Below are positions 37,817 through 47,751 of a stretch of DNA of 64,000 nucleotides, one piece after another; within the stretch, counting starts at the first letter, position 1; each line of letters opens with the position of its first letter. The DNA lies in the NCBI GenBank assembly GCA_947313825.1, contig CAMZNJ010000055.1, positions 480 to 64,479 of the forward strand, written 5' to 3'. Under the pieces are notes generated by a model. It saw nothing but the letters and a program-made list of their open reading frames with translations. It was not told where the DNA came from and searched no databases. The position numbers and the translations under genes are program-made. Source of the stretch: an uncultured Deferribacteraceae bacterium. GTDB lineage: Bacteria; Chrysiogenota; Deferribacteres; CAMZNJ01.

Positions 37817-39640
37817 TTATTTTTTGCCGTTATAGTTTTCGATGTATTGGAATACCCCTTTGCTGATGCCTTCGGCATACTTATCCAGATTACGAGAACT
37901 TTTGAACCTTGCGGCGTCGTTTTTGTTTGACAGAAACCCTGTTTCGATGAGTATGGATGGCATACGTGCCCCTACAAGTACGTAGAATGGTGCCTGTCGA
38001 ACCCCTTTGTCGTATGAGCGTCCTAGTTTGAGTTCCCCAAGGATACCTTTTTGCACATAGTTTGCCAACAGCAATGATTCTTCTAATTTTGAGCCCAGAA
38101 TAATGTCGTACATTATCCCTTGTAGGTCGCTCATGGCTTTGGTTGTTGCTTGGTTTTCGAATGCGGCAATATCCAAGGATGTTTTGTCTTTTGTAATGTT
38201 TAGGACAAATGTCATGACGCCGTATAGGTTGGGGTTGGTGTGGGCATTGGCGTGCACTGAGAGGAATAGATCGGCATGACGTTTGTTTGCAAAGGCTGTG
38301 CGTTCGTCGAGTTCTATGAATTTGTTGGAGCTACGAGTTAGGTATACGCTCAGATCTTTGTTGGTGGCGAGTTGCTTGGCGAGCCTTTTGCTAATATCTA
38401 GGACGATGTCTTTCTCTTTGAGCCCGTAATAAATGGCACCGGGATCTTTTCCGCCATGACCGGGATCCACAACAACATTGCGAATTTTAACGCCGATGAC
38501 CTGTGCTAGTGTTTCGATGTCCACGTCTTTGGATACTAGCGTTGTGCTTCCGCCTAGTGTTGCACGAAGGGGTGCGTCGTCGGAGATATCCACAACAATT
38601 CTGCGTGGTGAGCTCAGTTCAAACACCCTGTACCCTGTGGGTTTGTCTAGTCCGAGTACGACACGTACGACCCCAGGGCGATTTACTGCCCAGCGTATTT
38701 GTTGTAGGTGCGAGTCGTTGACGTTGACTGTTGCGGGGATATCTTTGTTGACTGTTGTGTTTTTGAGGTCGATGAAGATGCGTGCGGAGCGGTTGAATTT
38801 TGGATCTGGTGGCAGGTCTTTGAAGGTGTAGCTCACGGAGTCGGAGAGGTCGATAACGAGGCGTGTGTAGTTCTCCCCTGAGTAGTGTCGGAACGATTTT
38901 AGTAGTTCGAACCCATTGGCGAGGTTGTCTTCTTGTGCTTGTGTGTTGCTGTTGGCGGGTATGACAAGTCCGAAGCTTGCGTCGCCAAGGGGATCGCCGT
39001 TGTTTGTTTTGGAGTTTGCAATTGGTTGTATTATTTCGTCAACAACGCCTCTGTTTATGCCATTAGTGTTTTTGAGTTGTGCTGCTGTTTCTTTTGGCAG
39101 GGGTGCTCCCCCGAATTTTTTGGTTAGGGTGTCGATTTTTTTTAAGGCTTCATCGGCATACGGTGAGCCTGAGAATCGTGTTAGGACGCGATTGTAGTTG
39201 TAGAGTGCGGAGGCGTAATCTTCTTGGAGTTCGTAGATGGCGGATGTTTCGAGGTAGCCCCTTGCTGCTAGGTCGGTTTCGTAGTTGGTTGCCACGAGTC
39301 GGTAGTATCGCAGTGCGTTGTCCATGTCGGATTTGACTGCATAGCGTGTGTATGAGTCCCAGTAGATGGTTGCACAGGCGAAGATGTAGTCGGGAGCGTC
39401 GTCGCTTTGAGGGTTGTCGGAGTATTTTTTGCACACTTCAGTTGCGAAGGTTGTGTACTGCTTACGCATGGCATTTTTGTTGTCCCTGAGATCGCCTAAG
39501 ATGGTGTAGTATTTGGCGGTGGAGACAGGGTTGGCGTACGCTGAGAGCATAGGGATAGGTGCAAGCGTGAGCATACCCATCGTAATTAGGGTAATCATGG
39601 TCATGATTTGCATATTTATTTGTTGCAATACAAACTTCAA
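37817..39640 (-). CDS. N-acetylmuramoyl-L-alanine amidase (TPR + AMIN + Amidase_3), AmiC-like
   Basis: Signal peptide, TPR-like helices, YTRLVIDL..RIVVD AMIN repeats, VDPGHGGKDPG, SVHAN, LIETGF. Confidence 0.9.
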   Translation of the reverse strand: MKFVLQQINMQIMTMITLITMGMLTLAPIPMLSAYANPVSTAKYYTILGDLRDNKNAMRKQYTTFATEVCKKYSDNPQSDDAPDYIFACATIYWDSYTRYAVKSDMDNALRYYRLVATNYETDLAARGYLETSAIYELQEDYASALYNYNRVLTRFSGSPYADEALKKIDTLTKKFGGAPLPKETAAQLKNTNGINRGVVDEIIQPIANSKTNNGDPLGDASFGLVIPANSNTQAQEDNLANGFELLKSFRHYSGENYTRLVIDLSDSVSYTFKDLPPDPKFNRSARIFIDLKNTTVNKDIPATVNVNDSHLQQIRWAVNRPGVVRVVLGLDKPTGYRVFELSSPRRIVVDISDDAPLRATLGGSTTLVSKDVDIETLAQVIGVKIRNVVVDPGHGGKDPGAIYYGLKEKDIVLDISKRLAKQLATNKDLSVYLTRSSNKFIELDERTAFANKRHADLFLSVHANAHTNPNLYGVMTFVLNITKDKTSLDIAAFENQATTKAMSDLQGIMYDIILGSKLEESLLLANYVQKGILGELKLGRSYDKGVRQAPFYVLVGARMPSILIETGFLSNKNDAARFKSSRNLDKYAEGISKGVFQYIENYNGKK

Positions 39641-39801
39641 AATACACCCCGACTGTTAACACCAATGGCTAACATGGTTGACTCAGCACACAGAACTCGC
39701 TTTGAACAGCGTACAAGCATACTTATGCACATTATACCACAAAACATTGTATTACTCAACCATGTATTTGCCCTTAATATTTCGGTTGTGTTCTTTGGTG
39801 T

Positions 39802-42618
39802 TTATTTGTGTTGTGCTAGTTTGGTTTTCATGTATTTGCCTGTGTGGGAGTGTTTCGCCTTGGCTATCTCTTCTGGCGTGCCTTCAAATATTACCATTCC
39901 GCCACCTGTGCCGCCATCTGGTCCCATGTCGATGATGTGGTCGGAGCATTTGATAATATCTAGGTTGTGTTCGATGACTACAACGGTGTTCCCTTCGTCT
40001 ACAAGTGCGTTGAAGATGTGTATTAGTTTGGCGATATCGTGGAAATGGAGCCCTGTTGTGGGTTCGTCGAATATGTAGAGTGTGTTGTCGGTGGATCGTT
40101 TGTTGAGTTCGCGACTGAGTTTGAGGCGTTGTGCTTCTCCCCCCGAGAGTGTTGTGGACGACTGCCCTAGTTTGAGGTAGCCGAGACCAACATCTTGGAG
40201 CACCACCAACTTCCCTTTGATGCGTGATATGTTGTCGAAGAAGTCGCACGCCTGATTGATGGTCATGTCCAACACTTCTGCAATGGATTTGTGGTTAAAC
40301 TTGATATCTAGGGTATCGCGATTGTATCGGCTCCCCTTGCAGGTGTCGCACTTGACGTACATGTCGGGCATAAAGTGCATCTCTATTTTGATAGAACCGT
40401 TGCCGGCACACTCTTTGCAACGTCCGTGTTTTGTGTTGAATGAGAAACGTCCGGAGGTGTACCCACGTTTTTTCGCTTCAGGGAGTGTTGCAAACACCTC
40501 GCGAATATCGGTGAGAACGCCTGTGTAGGTGGCAGGGTTGGAGTGTGGCGTACGACCGATGGGGGCTTGATCGATGTGTATGATTTTGTCCACAAGCTCG
40601 ATACCCTCAATGGAGTCGCACTTCCCAGGGATAAACGCACCACCGTACAGGGTTTTCGCAATGTTGGCGTAAAGAACATCCATGACGAGGGACGACTTAC
40701 CCGAACCGCTAACGCCTGTTACAGTGGTGAACACGCCCAAGGGGAATGAAATATCCACACCTTGAAGGTTGTTTTCGCAGGCATTGCGTACAACAATCTC
40801 CCCTTTCGTGGTTGATCGTCGTGTTGTTGGAACTTCAATTTTCATCCGCCCTGAGAGGTATGCACCTGTGAGGGATTTTTCGCTAAGTAGGAGCTCTTCA
40901 GGTGTGCCAGCAAAAATTACTTCACCACCATGAACGCCGGCGTAAGGACCGATATCAACAACGTAATCGCACTGTTTTAACGTGTCTTCATCGTGCTCAA
41001 CCACTAGAACGGAGTTACCGAGATCCCTTAGCCCTTTCAGGGTTGTGAGTAGTTTGTCGTTGTCCCGTTGGTGTAGTCCGATGGATGGTTCGTCCAGAAC
41101 ATACAGCACACCTGTGAGCCCTGATCCTATTTGGCTTGCGAGGCGTATGCGTTGTGCTTCTCCCCCTGAGAGTGTGCCGGATCTTCGTCCTAGGCTAATG
41201 TAGTGCAGTCCCACGTCGTTGAGGAATGAGAGTCGTTGAATTATTTCTTGCACTATTTTGTCGGCAACAAGCTGTCGGAACCCGTCTAGCGTTAGGTTTT
41301 GGTAGAAGGTCAACGCTTCGGTGGTGCTCATCTCCATAATATCTGCAACGTTTTTGCCACCAACGTAAACGGCTAGGGATTCGGGTGAGAGTCGTTTACC
41401 TTTGCAGGAGGGGCATGGTTTTGCTAGCATGTACCTTTCGGTTTTTTCTTTGTCTTTTGCTATTCCACTTTTTAGCATGGATTGCAGGTGTCCCATAACC
41501 CCTTTGAAGGGTTTCTCAATGGTAATTTTCTCTTTATCGGAGTACATGTGTATGACGATTTTTTCGTCAACGCCGTTAATCATAATATCTTTGTGTTTGT
41601 CGCTAAGAAGATCCCAAGGTTTGTCCATATCTATGCCATAGGTGGACGATACAGCGTTGAGGGTATTGTAGAAGTGGTAACTTTCCATCTTTTTCCAGGG
41701 GAGTATCGCCCCTTCTTGAATACTTAGGCTCCCATCGGGCACGATTAGGGCAACATCCAGCTCGTTGCTCTCCCCCAAGCCATCACACGCTTTGCAGGAG
41801 CCGTAAGGGTTGTTGAATGAGAAGTTGCGTGGTTCCATGTCGGTAATGGCAACGCCACAGTCGAGGCAGGATAGGTGTTCGCTCATGAGCACAACTTCTT
41901 CGTCAAACTTCAGCTCAACCAAGCCGGAACTAAGCTCTAACGCTACTTCCACAGACTCAGTGAGGCGACGCTTGTTTTCTGAGTCAACTTTTAAGCGGTC
42001 AACAACAACGCTTATGGTGTGTTTCACGGTTTTTGCAATTTTAATCTCTTCGTCCAAGCGGTAAAGTTTGGAGTCAACATAAACACGAACAAAGCCCTGC
42101 TTGAACAGATCTTCAAACAGTTTGCGTTGCTCACCTTTGCGACCACGAACCACGGGCGACATAATTTCGAGCTTGGCACCAGCACTGCGTGTCAGAATGT
42201 AGTCAACAATCTCTTGGGGGGAGTAGGAGTGTATTCGCTTGCCGCATGAATGGCAGTGAACGTCGCCAACACGAGCATACAAAAGGCGAATGTAGTCGTA
42301 TATTTCCGTAACAGTGGCAACGTTGGAGCGTGGGTTGCGAGACACAGACTTCTGCTCAATACTGATGGCAGGGGACAGGAACTGAATCGAATCCACGTCG
42401 GGCTTGTTCATTAGCTCCAAAAATTGACGTGCATAAGCCGACAGAGACTCCACGTACCGACGTTGCCCCTCGGCATAAAGCGTGTCAAACGCAAGGGTGG
42501 ACTTACCCGAACCGCTCACACCACTAATCACAACTAGTTTGTTTTTCGGAATATCAAGGCTGATGTCTTTTAAGTTGTGCTCACGTGCACCCTTGATAAT
42601 AATTTTGTCATTCACCAT
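39802..42618 (-). CDS. uvrA: Excinuclease ABC subunit A
   Basis: GAREHNLK, GVSGSGKS twice, LSGGEAQR twice, zinc fingers. Confidence 0.98.
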   Translation of the reverse strand: MVNDKIIIKGAREHNLKDISLDIPKNKLVVISGVSGSGKSTLAFDTLYAEGQRRYVESLSAYARQFLELMNKPDVDSIQFLSPAISIEQKSVSRNPRSNVATVTEIYDYIRLLYARVGDVHCHSCGKRIHSYSPQEIVDYILTRSAGAKLEIMSPVVRGRKGEQRKLFEDLFKQGFVRVYVDSKLYRLDEEIKIAKTVKHTISVVVDRLKVDSENKRRLTESVEVALELSSGLVELKFDEEVVLMSEHLSCLDCGVAITDMEPRNFSFNNPYGSCKACDGLGESNELDVALIVPDGSLSIQEGAILPWKKMESYHFYNTLNAVSSTYGIDMDKPWDLLSDKHKDIMINGVDEKIVIHMYSDKEKITIEKPFKGVMGHLQSMLKSGIAKDKEKTERYMLAKPCPSCKGKRLSPESLAVYVGGKNVADIMEMSTTEALTFYQNLTLDGFRQLVADKIVQEIIQRLSFLNDVGLHYISLGRRSGTLSGGEAQRIRLASQIGSGLTGVLYVLDEPSIGLHQRDNDKLLTTLKGLRDLGNSVLVVEHDEDTLKQCDYVVDIGPYAGVHGGEVIFAGTPEELLLSEKSLTGAYLSGRMKIEVPTTRRSTTKGEIVVRNACENNLQGVDISFPLGVFTTVTGVSGSGKSSLVMDVLYANIAKTLYGGAFIPGKCDSIEGIELVDKIIHIDQAPIGRTPHSNPATYTGVLTDIREVFATLPEAKKRGYTSGRFSFNTKHGRCKECAGNGSIKIEMHFMPDMYVKCDTCKGSRYNRDTLDIKFNHKSIAEVLDMTINQACDFFDNISRIKGKLVVLQDVGLGYLKLGQSSTTLSGGEAQRLKLSRELNKRSTDNTLYIFDEPTTGLHFHDIAKLIHIFNALVDEGNTVVVIEHNLDIIKCSDHIIDMGPDGGTGGGMVIFEGTPEEIAKAKHSHTGKYMKTKLAQHK

Positions 42619-42777
42619 AATGCTATTTCACCCCAAAGGCGAGCCTATTGCTCCAACCCCACGTAACGATAACGATACCGAACCGAAAACAATTTAAACA
42701 CCGAAACAGCTCAGTTATAAATTATAACAAACTATAACAGAAAATTAAACATAAACAGTAAATACTTACCAAGACGG

Positions 42778-44589
42778 CTAAGATATTAGCCCAGCTAAGC
42801 CCGGAACATCGGATATGGACACACAGCTAATACCTTTTATGTAGCGTGTGGCAAAGTCGTCAATGCTAGGGGCACTGAAATAATTTATGGCAACCATGGC
42901 ACCGTCGTAAGTAACATTATCCAACTTACCATGGTATGTTTTGTCGATTATCCCAAGGTATTGAGCAAATGCGGAAATATCACCAACAGACGCTCCTGTG
43001 TAGATGCGAATGCCAACAAGGGGGGATATCTCAGAAGCAACAAGGGGGAGGAGTGCACGCACAGCTTTGCCGTATTTGTCCACACCACGAATATACTCAC
43101 CATCAACAGATACAAGGGAATGCCTATCACGGTATATGTTGAACAGGTTACCCTTCGACTTCGCCGCAACCTTAAGGGCTAACTCCAAGGGGATGCGTTC
43201 CGAAAGCTCTGAACGGGGGTAAAACTGGTAAGTTTCGTCCAAAAAACCGCGACCCAAAAGAATATGGATACAATGCAACATCGCCACAAAAGTTATGCCG
43301 TTAGGTGGCATATCGGGATCCAAAATGCCAACGTCAACAATACCCTTATGCATGCTGATTATGGGGTTCGTTGCCGAAAACTCAGGCAACTCCAAGGACG
43401 GTGGCAACTCCAATGGTGCCGTGGAAAACTCGTAATAACCCGACTTAGCATAGTAATAAACCCTATCAGTATGCTGTGTGCTCAAAACCAAAGTACCATT
43501 GCTATGCAAATTTGAAAGAAGCAAAAAATGCTCCAAATTCGAAGGGGTAGTGTCAGTGGCAAGGGGCTGTAAATACTCGATGCTAACACCGTCAACACTC
43601 TCTGATGCGTAAAAAGCAAGACCGAATAAATTCTTCTTAACATCAACCGTAACCATCTCAGAATACTCACGAATAATACAAATCACACGCTCAGAATGCT
43701 GAATATTAAGCATGCGATTAATCACTTGAGGCAACAAACCCTCGGCGATAACTCGATGCAAAAACTGGGACGCTGTGGTAATCTCGGAGCCTGAAGCGGA
43801 ACCATCTTGGGAGGGAACAATATACCCAACCAAACTGGACACAGGGATTGTTGTATCGTTAATTATGCTGTCCAAGGGGGCACTGTACTGCAAAATACGA
43901 ACGGTATCACCATTGTCGTACACAACTATGCCGTCCGTAAGCCCCGAAGCAGTAGGCTCGGGATGGGTAATGTCGTCGATGGTCGCTTCCGCAAGGTGGG
44001 GCACATCTCTGTAGTAGGATGAGTGGGTTGCACCACTGGACGAGCCTGCCTGAGAGGCGATGGTGTGAGCTGATGACGGTGCTGACGCTGACGCTGACGA
44101 TACCGCTGGCGACGCCGTTTCTGCTGGTGTCTGGGCACCACCACCCCCAACGTAGTCGAACATCCCCTGTGGGCTAGTCGCTGACGGTGCTGACATTGCT
44201 GACGCTGACGAGCCTACCCCTGCACCCCCATCGTACTGCCCCCCATCGTTGTGGCGAGCGTCGTACTCTTGCTGTGTATTGTTGGTGCTACTGTCGGGGA
44301 GCGATATTTCCACGTCGTGTCCAACGCTGTATCGACAAGCTAATCGGTAGCCGTTATTGAGTAGTAGTTGTCCCACATGCAGTCTATCTGCCTTGCTTAT
44401 GCGTTCCCCATCCGCGGAGAACTGCACCTGACATTTACCGCATCGCCCCTTACCGTTGCACATAGTTGTGTGCATAATATTTTTATCACGCAGTGCTTGG
44501 TATAGGGTTGCCCCTTTCGGTACAGAGATAACTTTGTTTGTCCCACGAATACTAACGCGGTACTCACGATTGAAGATACGCATACACAC
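42778..44589 (-). CDS. N-terminal [2Fe-2S] ferredoxin domain + degenerate ASKHA/RACo-like region
   Basis: CNGKGRCGKC..RLAC; Ser/Ala-rich linker; weak RACo-like C-terminal motifs. Confidence 0.6.
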   Translation of the reverse strand: MCMRIFNREYRVSIRGTNKVISVPKGATLYQALRDKNIMHTTMCNGKGRCGKCQVQFSADGERISKADRLHVGQLLLNNGYRLACRYSVGHDVEISLPDSSTNNTQQEYDARHNDGGQYDGGAGVGSSASAMSAPSATSPQGMFDYVGGGGAQTPAETASPAVSSASASAPSSAHTIASQAGSSSGATHSSYYRDVPHLAEATIDDITHPEPTASGLTDGIVVYDNGDTVRILQYSAPLDSIINDTTIPVSSLVGYIVPSQDGSASGSEITTASQFLHRVIAEGLLPQVINRMLNIQHSERVICIIREYSEMVTVDVKKNLFGLAFYASESVDGVSIEYLQPLATDTTPSNLEHFLLLSNLHSNGTLVLSTQHTDRVYYYAKSGYYEFSTAPLELPPSLELPEFSATNPIISMHKGIVDVGILDPDMPPNGITFVAMLHCIHILLGRGFLDETYQFYPRSELSERIPLELALKVAAKSKGNLFNIYRDRHSLVSVDGEYIRGVDKYGKAVRALLPLVASEISPLVGIRIYTGASVGDISAFAQYLGIIDKTYHGKLDNVTYDGAMVAINYFSAPSIDDFATRYIKGISCVSISDVPGLAGLIS

Positions 44590-44635
44590 ACTCCCACCCT
44601 ACTCCCAAGCGGGAGTTTCGCCATGATGCCCGTAT

Positions 44636-44899
44636 TTAATTTAGGGATGTATTTTCCACAATTGTAATGTAGTCATCAATATATTTTTTGTTAATGCTGT
44701 TGGTGCTCGGAACCTGTACAACGTCAACACTGATACGTCGTGTAGGTGTTTCCATGACCACACGATCCCCCACTTTAACAACGTAGGATGCCTTGACTTT
44801 GGATCCATTTACACTTACGAACCCCTCTTTTGCTGCCTCAGAGGCAACTGAGCGACGTTTTGCAATCATGGTAACTTTCAAGAATTTGTCTAAACGCAT
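44636..44899 (-). CDS. S4-domain RNA-binding protein (RqcP/YabO/Hsp15 family)
   Basis: MRLDKFLKV..KRRSVA..VNG..KASYVVKVGD; GGAGG SD before ATG 44899. Confidence 0.9.
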   Translation of the reverse strand: MRLDKFLKVTMIAKRRSVASEAAKEGFVSVNGSKVKASYVVKVGDRVVMETPTRRISVDVVQVPSTNSINKKYIDDYITIVENTSLN

Positions 44900-44918
44900 A
44901 AAGCCTCCTAAGGTCGAC

Positions 44919-45908
44919 CTATTCGAACACCTGAACAATTGAAAACCGCATCTGCATCTCTAGCCACTGCTCGTAAGTTGCTTGCACCTTTGCGGCGTAT
45001 AGTTCTTGTAAGATTCTCCCGCTTAGGTCGTAAAATGACGCTATCGTGCGGGGGTTGGAGGTAATGTAGAATCGGTATGCGTTACCATCCACAACACGCA
45101 CGGGGGAGATGGTTTTTGCTTTCAGGGTTTGTACGATGGGTTGCAAGTCGTCGCGAATGTCGCCAATCTTGTCGTAAGGGATGACCACTGCTTGGGCAAC
45201 ACGGCTTAGTGCTGCCAACTCTTGATCCCGCAATCCGTCTCGAAACAGCTCTGTGATTTGGGTGTCGTATTTGGGATCGTAAATAATATTGATAACATAC
45301 GGCTTGGCCTCAGTGTATTCGCCAAACCCGTACTCAAGGATGTCCCGACTGGAGATAACAATCGTGGGGGCGATAACATTTTGGGCGACGCTTTGTCGTT
45401 TGAGTTCGAGGTTGATGCGTGCCAAGTAGCTTTCGTAACTCAAACCGCTGTCTTTGAGGTCTTGCAGAAGCTGTTCCCGCGTTGCCCCTTGTGAGTCGAG
45501 TATTGCTTGAATGTACCTATCTTGATCGTCTTGTGTGGGCTCAGGCAGGCGAACTTGCTTGAGCACCTTGGTGAGTATTTCGCTTTCGATAATCGACTTG
45601 CGTAATGACTCGTTGTTGGTCAAGCTCTTGTCAATTGAGCCACTTCCAGCACTGAAGGTGCCCCCTGTGTTTTGCGAGGAGAGATCGAACCCCATGTCGG
45701 CAATATCCTTGTACGTTATGGGGTTTTGGTTAATCACCAATGCCAAGGCTGTGCTACTATGGCGTGGGGTATCGGCTCCCCTAGCGGTAAGGGGGAGGAT
45801 TACGCCAACAGTTGCCACCAAGCTAAGGAGTGCTATTGCTGTTGTGAGCAGTATTTTGCTCGTTATTGTCGGGGTTGTGTGCCCCTGTTTTTGGGAATAT
45901 ATGGTCAT
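44919..45908 (-). CDS. SurA-like periplasmic chaperone, divergent
   Basis: Signal/TM, VINQNPITYKD, LKDSGLSYESY, C-terminal YEQWLEMQMRFSIV. Confidence 0.65.
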   Translation of the reverse strand: MTIYSQKQGHTTPTITSKILLTTAIALLSLVATVGVILPLTARGADTPRHSSTALALVINQNPITYKDIADMGFDLSSQNTGGTFSAGSGSIDKSLTNNESLRKSIIESEILTKVLKQVRLPEPTQDDQDRYIQAILDSQGATREQLLQDLKDSGLSYESYLARINLELKRQSVAQNVIAPTIVISSRDILEYGFGEYTEAKPYVINIIYDPKYDTQITELFRDGLRDQELAALSRVAQAVVIPYDKIGDIRDDLQPIVQTLKAKTISPVRVVDGNAYRFYITSNPRTIASFYDLSGRILQELYAAKVQATYEQWLEMQMRFSIVQVFE

Positions 45909-45944
45909 AACGCTGTCCGCCTAGAGTCTCGCCATAACACATAC

Positions 45945-45979
45945 AGCACAGTAGCACAGTAGCACAGTAGCACAGTAGC
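45945..45979. repeat. AGCACAGT x4 in the loop of an imperfect inverted repeat (45932-45996)
   Basis: CCATAACACATACAGC ... GCTGTGTGTGGTGTTATGG flanks. Confidence 0.8.
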
Positions 45980-45990
45980 TGTGTGTGGTG

Positions 45991-47022
45991 TTATGGGTTT
46001 ATGATTGTGTTGATTACCGTTCCGTCTGGTATGTAGTATTGTATATCAGTAGTAGTGTACAATATTTCAATATAGTCGTCTACATAAGAGTTCACCTTTT
46101 GGTGGTAGAGGGATTTGCCAATACTGTCGCGTAGCAGGTCTAAGGGGATAAAGTTTTTGCTACTGTTGTACACCCCTAGCACTTGGTAGATGTGGTGCAC
46201 GCCCCCTTGGTCGTATAGGTGCGTTTCACCTTGAGGCATTCCGTCTGCAGGGAGGATACCCTTGGGGGTACTCCCTTGCAACAAAAACCCTTCCTGAAGA
46301 AAAACGTTACTGTACCCTTCATCATACCTACGTGCCACCTCTTCGAAATCGTACTCTTTGAGCTCTTCAAGTATCTCTTGTTGCAGTGCGTTGCTATCGG
46401 TAACAATACCTAGGATATGGCGAATGGGGTAGTTGTCGAACTCGTTTTTCATCCTATCGTATTCTTGGGCAATTTCATCAGACGAGATGGTTATCGCCCT
46501 GTAGAAGTTGTCCACCATGTAACCGTGGATAATGCTGTCTTGGTAGGTTATCCCCAAGAAGCTATTGAACACCTGCGAGTTGCTGAGAATTCTGACGGTG
46601 TCCGCCTTGGAGGCATTCTCTTCCAGTGCGTTCCTCACTTCGCTTTCGGCTACGGGGGGTATGGTTGAGCCCCCCCGCTGAGCATCCTGATAGATAAGGT
46701 TATAACGCACAAAATCATGGAGATAAAACTGAAAAATCTCAGTGCTGTTTAGGAGTTTGGGTGAGATGTCGCCCATTTTGAGGGACATGTAATCAGAAAA
46801 ATCTGAAGAGTAGTACATCTTGCCGTTAATAGACACAAACTTGACATGACTAGCAGCATACCGCTGAGCCAACACGTACGTAAGACCAGCAACAAGAAGC
46901 ACCAGTATCGAAACAGAAACAATCAGAGCACGATACTTCTTTGCCGTAACAAAAATGCTATTCCTCATACCCACGTTGGATGTATCCTTGGCTTGTGTCG
47001 CTAACTTATGCATAGAAAGCAC
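45991..47022 (-). CDS. PrsA/PpiD-like membrane-anchored foldase with degenerate parvulin domain
   Basis: N-terminal TM, VSINGK, ISSDEIAQEY, RHIL, FEEVARRY. Confidence 0.6.
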   Translation of the reverse strand: MLSMHKLATQAKDTSNVGMRNSIFVTAKKYRALIVSVSILVLLVAGLTYVLAQRYAASHVKFVSINGKMYYSSDFSDYMSLKMGDISPKLLNSTEIFQFYLHDFVRYNLIYQDAQRGGSTIPPVAESEVRNALEENASKADTVRILSNSQVFNSFLGITYQDSIIHGYMVDNFYRAITISSDEIAQEYDRMKNEFDNYPIRHILGIVTDSNALQQEILEELKEYDFEEVARRYDEGYSNVFLQEGFLLQGSTPKGILPADGMPQGETHLYDQGGVHHIYQVLGVYNSSKNFIPLDLLRDSIGKSLYHQKVNSYVDDYIEILYTTTDIQYYIPDGTVINTIINP

Positions 47023-47181
47023 AGTTTACACGAAAAAGCACCAATAGCAAAGGGGATTTTTACTCCCACAATAAATTATGACCGGCGAAAGCTCGTTAGA
47101 TGTGTTGATTTTTAACGCAATCAATTATAACATAGCAAACACAAAAACAAAATTCACGGAGACCAAAAACAACCGCAACCG

Positions 47182-47713
47182 TATGAATATGAATAACACT
47201 AACACAAACCTCAACCACAAACCTAACACCGAAAATTACACCCCCGAAGATATTTATTTCATGGAATATGTACTAAAATTAGCAAAAAATGCCTATGATA
47301 ATGGTGAAGTACCAATCGGTGCAATAGTAGTCGTGGAGGGCAAAATAGTGGGGGAAGGACAAAATCGGAAAGAAACACAGCAAGATACTGTCGCACACGG
47401 CGAAATACTAGCAATACAAAACGCTAGCAAAAACCTCGGAACATGGCGACTCAACAACTCAACTCTGTACACAAATATCGAACCGTGTATAATGTGCTGT
47501 GGTGCAATCATACACGCACGCATCAACCGTGTTGTCTTCTGCACCGACGAACCCAAATTCGGAGGCGTCATCAGCCAAACAAACCTATTCGACATACCAA
47601 CTCTCAACCACAAAGTAAACTACCAATACGGACTCATGCAGAACGAATCACAAACACTAATACGAAAATTTTTTCGCGAAATACGCACAAAACTAAACAA
47701 CAAAAATAAATAA
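47182..47713 (+). CDS. tadA: tRNA-specific adenosine deaminase (start uncertain)
   Basis: GEVPIGA, AHGE, EPCIMCCGA, EPKFG, LNH, FFREIR. Confidence 0.92.
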
Positions 47714-47751
47714 GTAAACCAACAGACGCACAGACAAATAATGAAGGAGCC

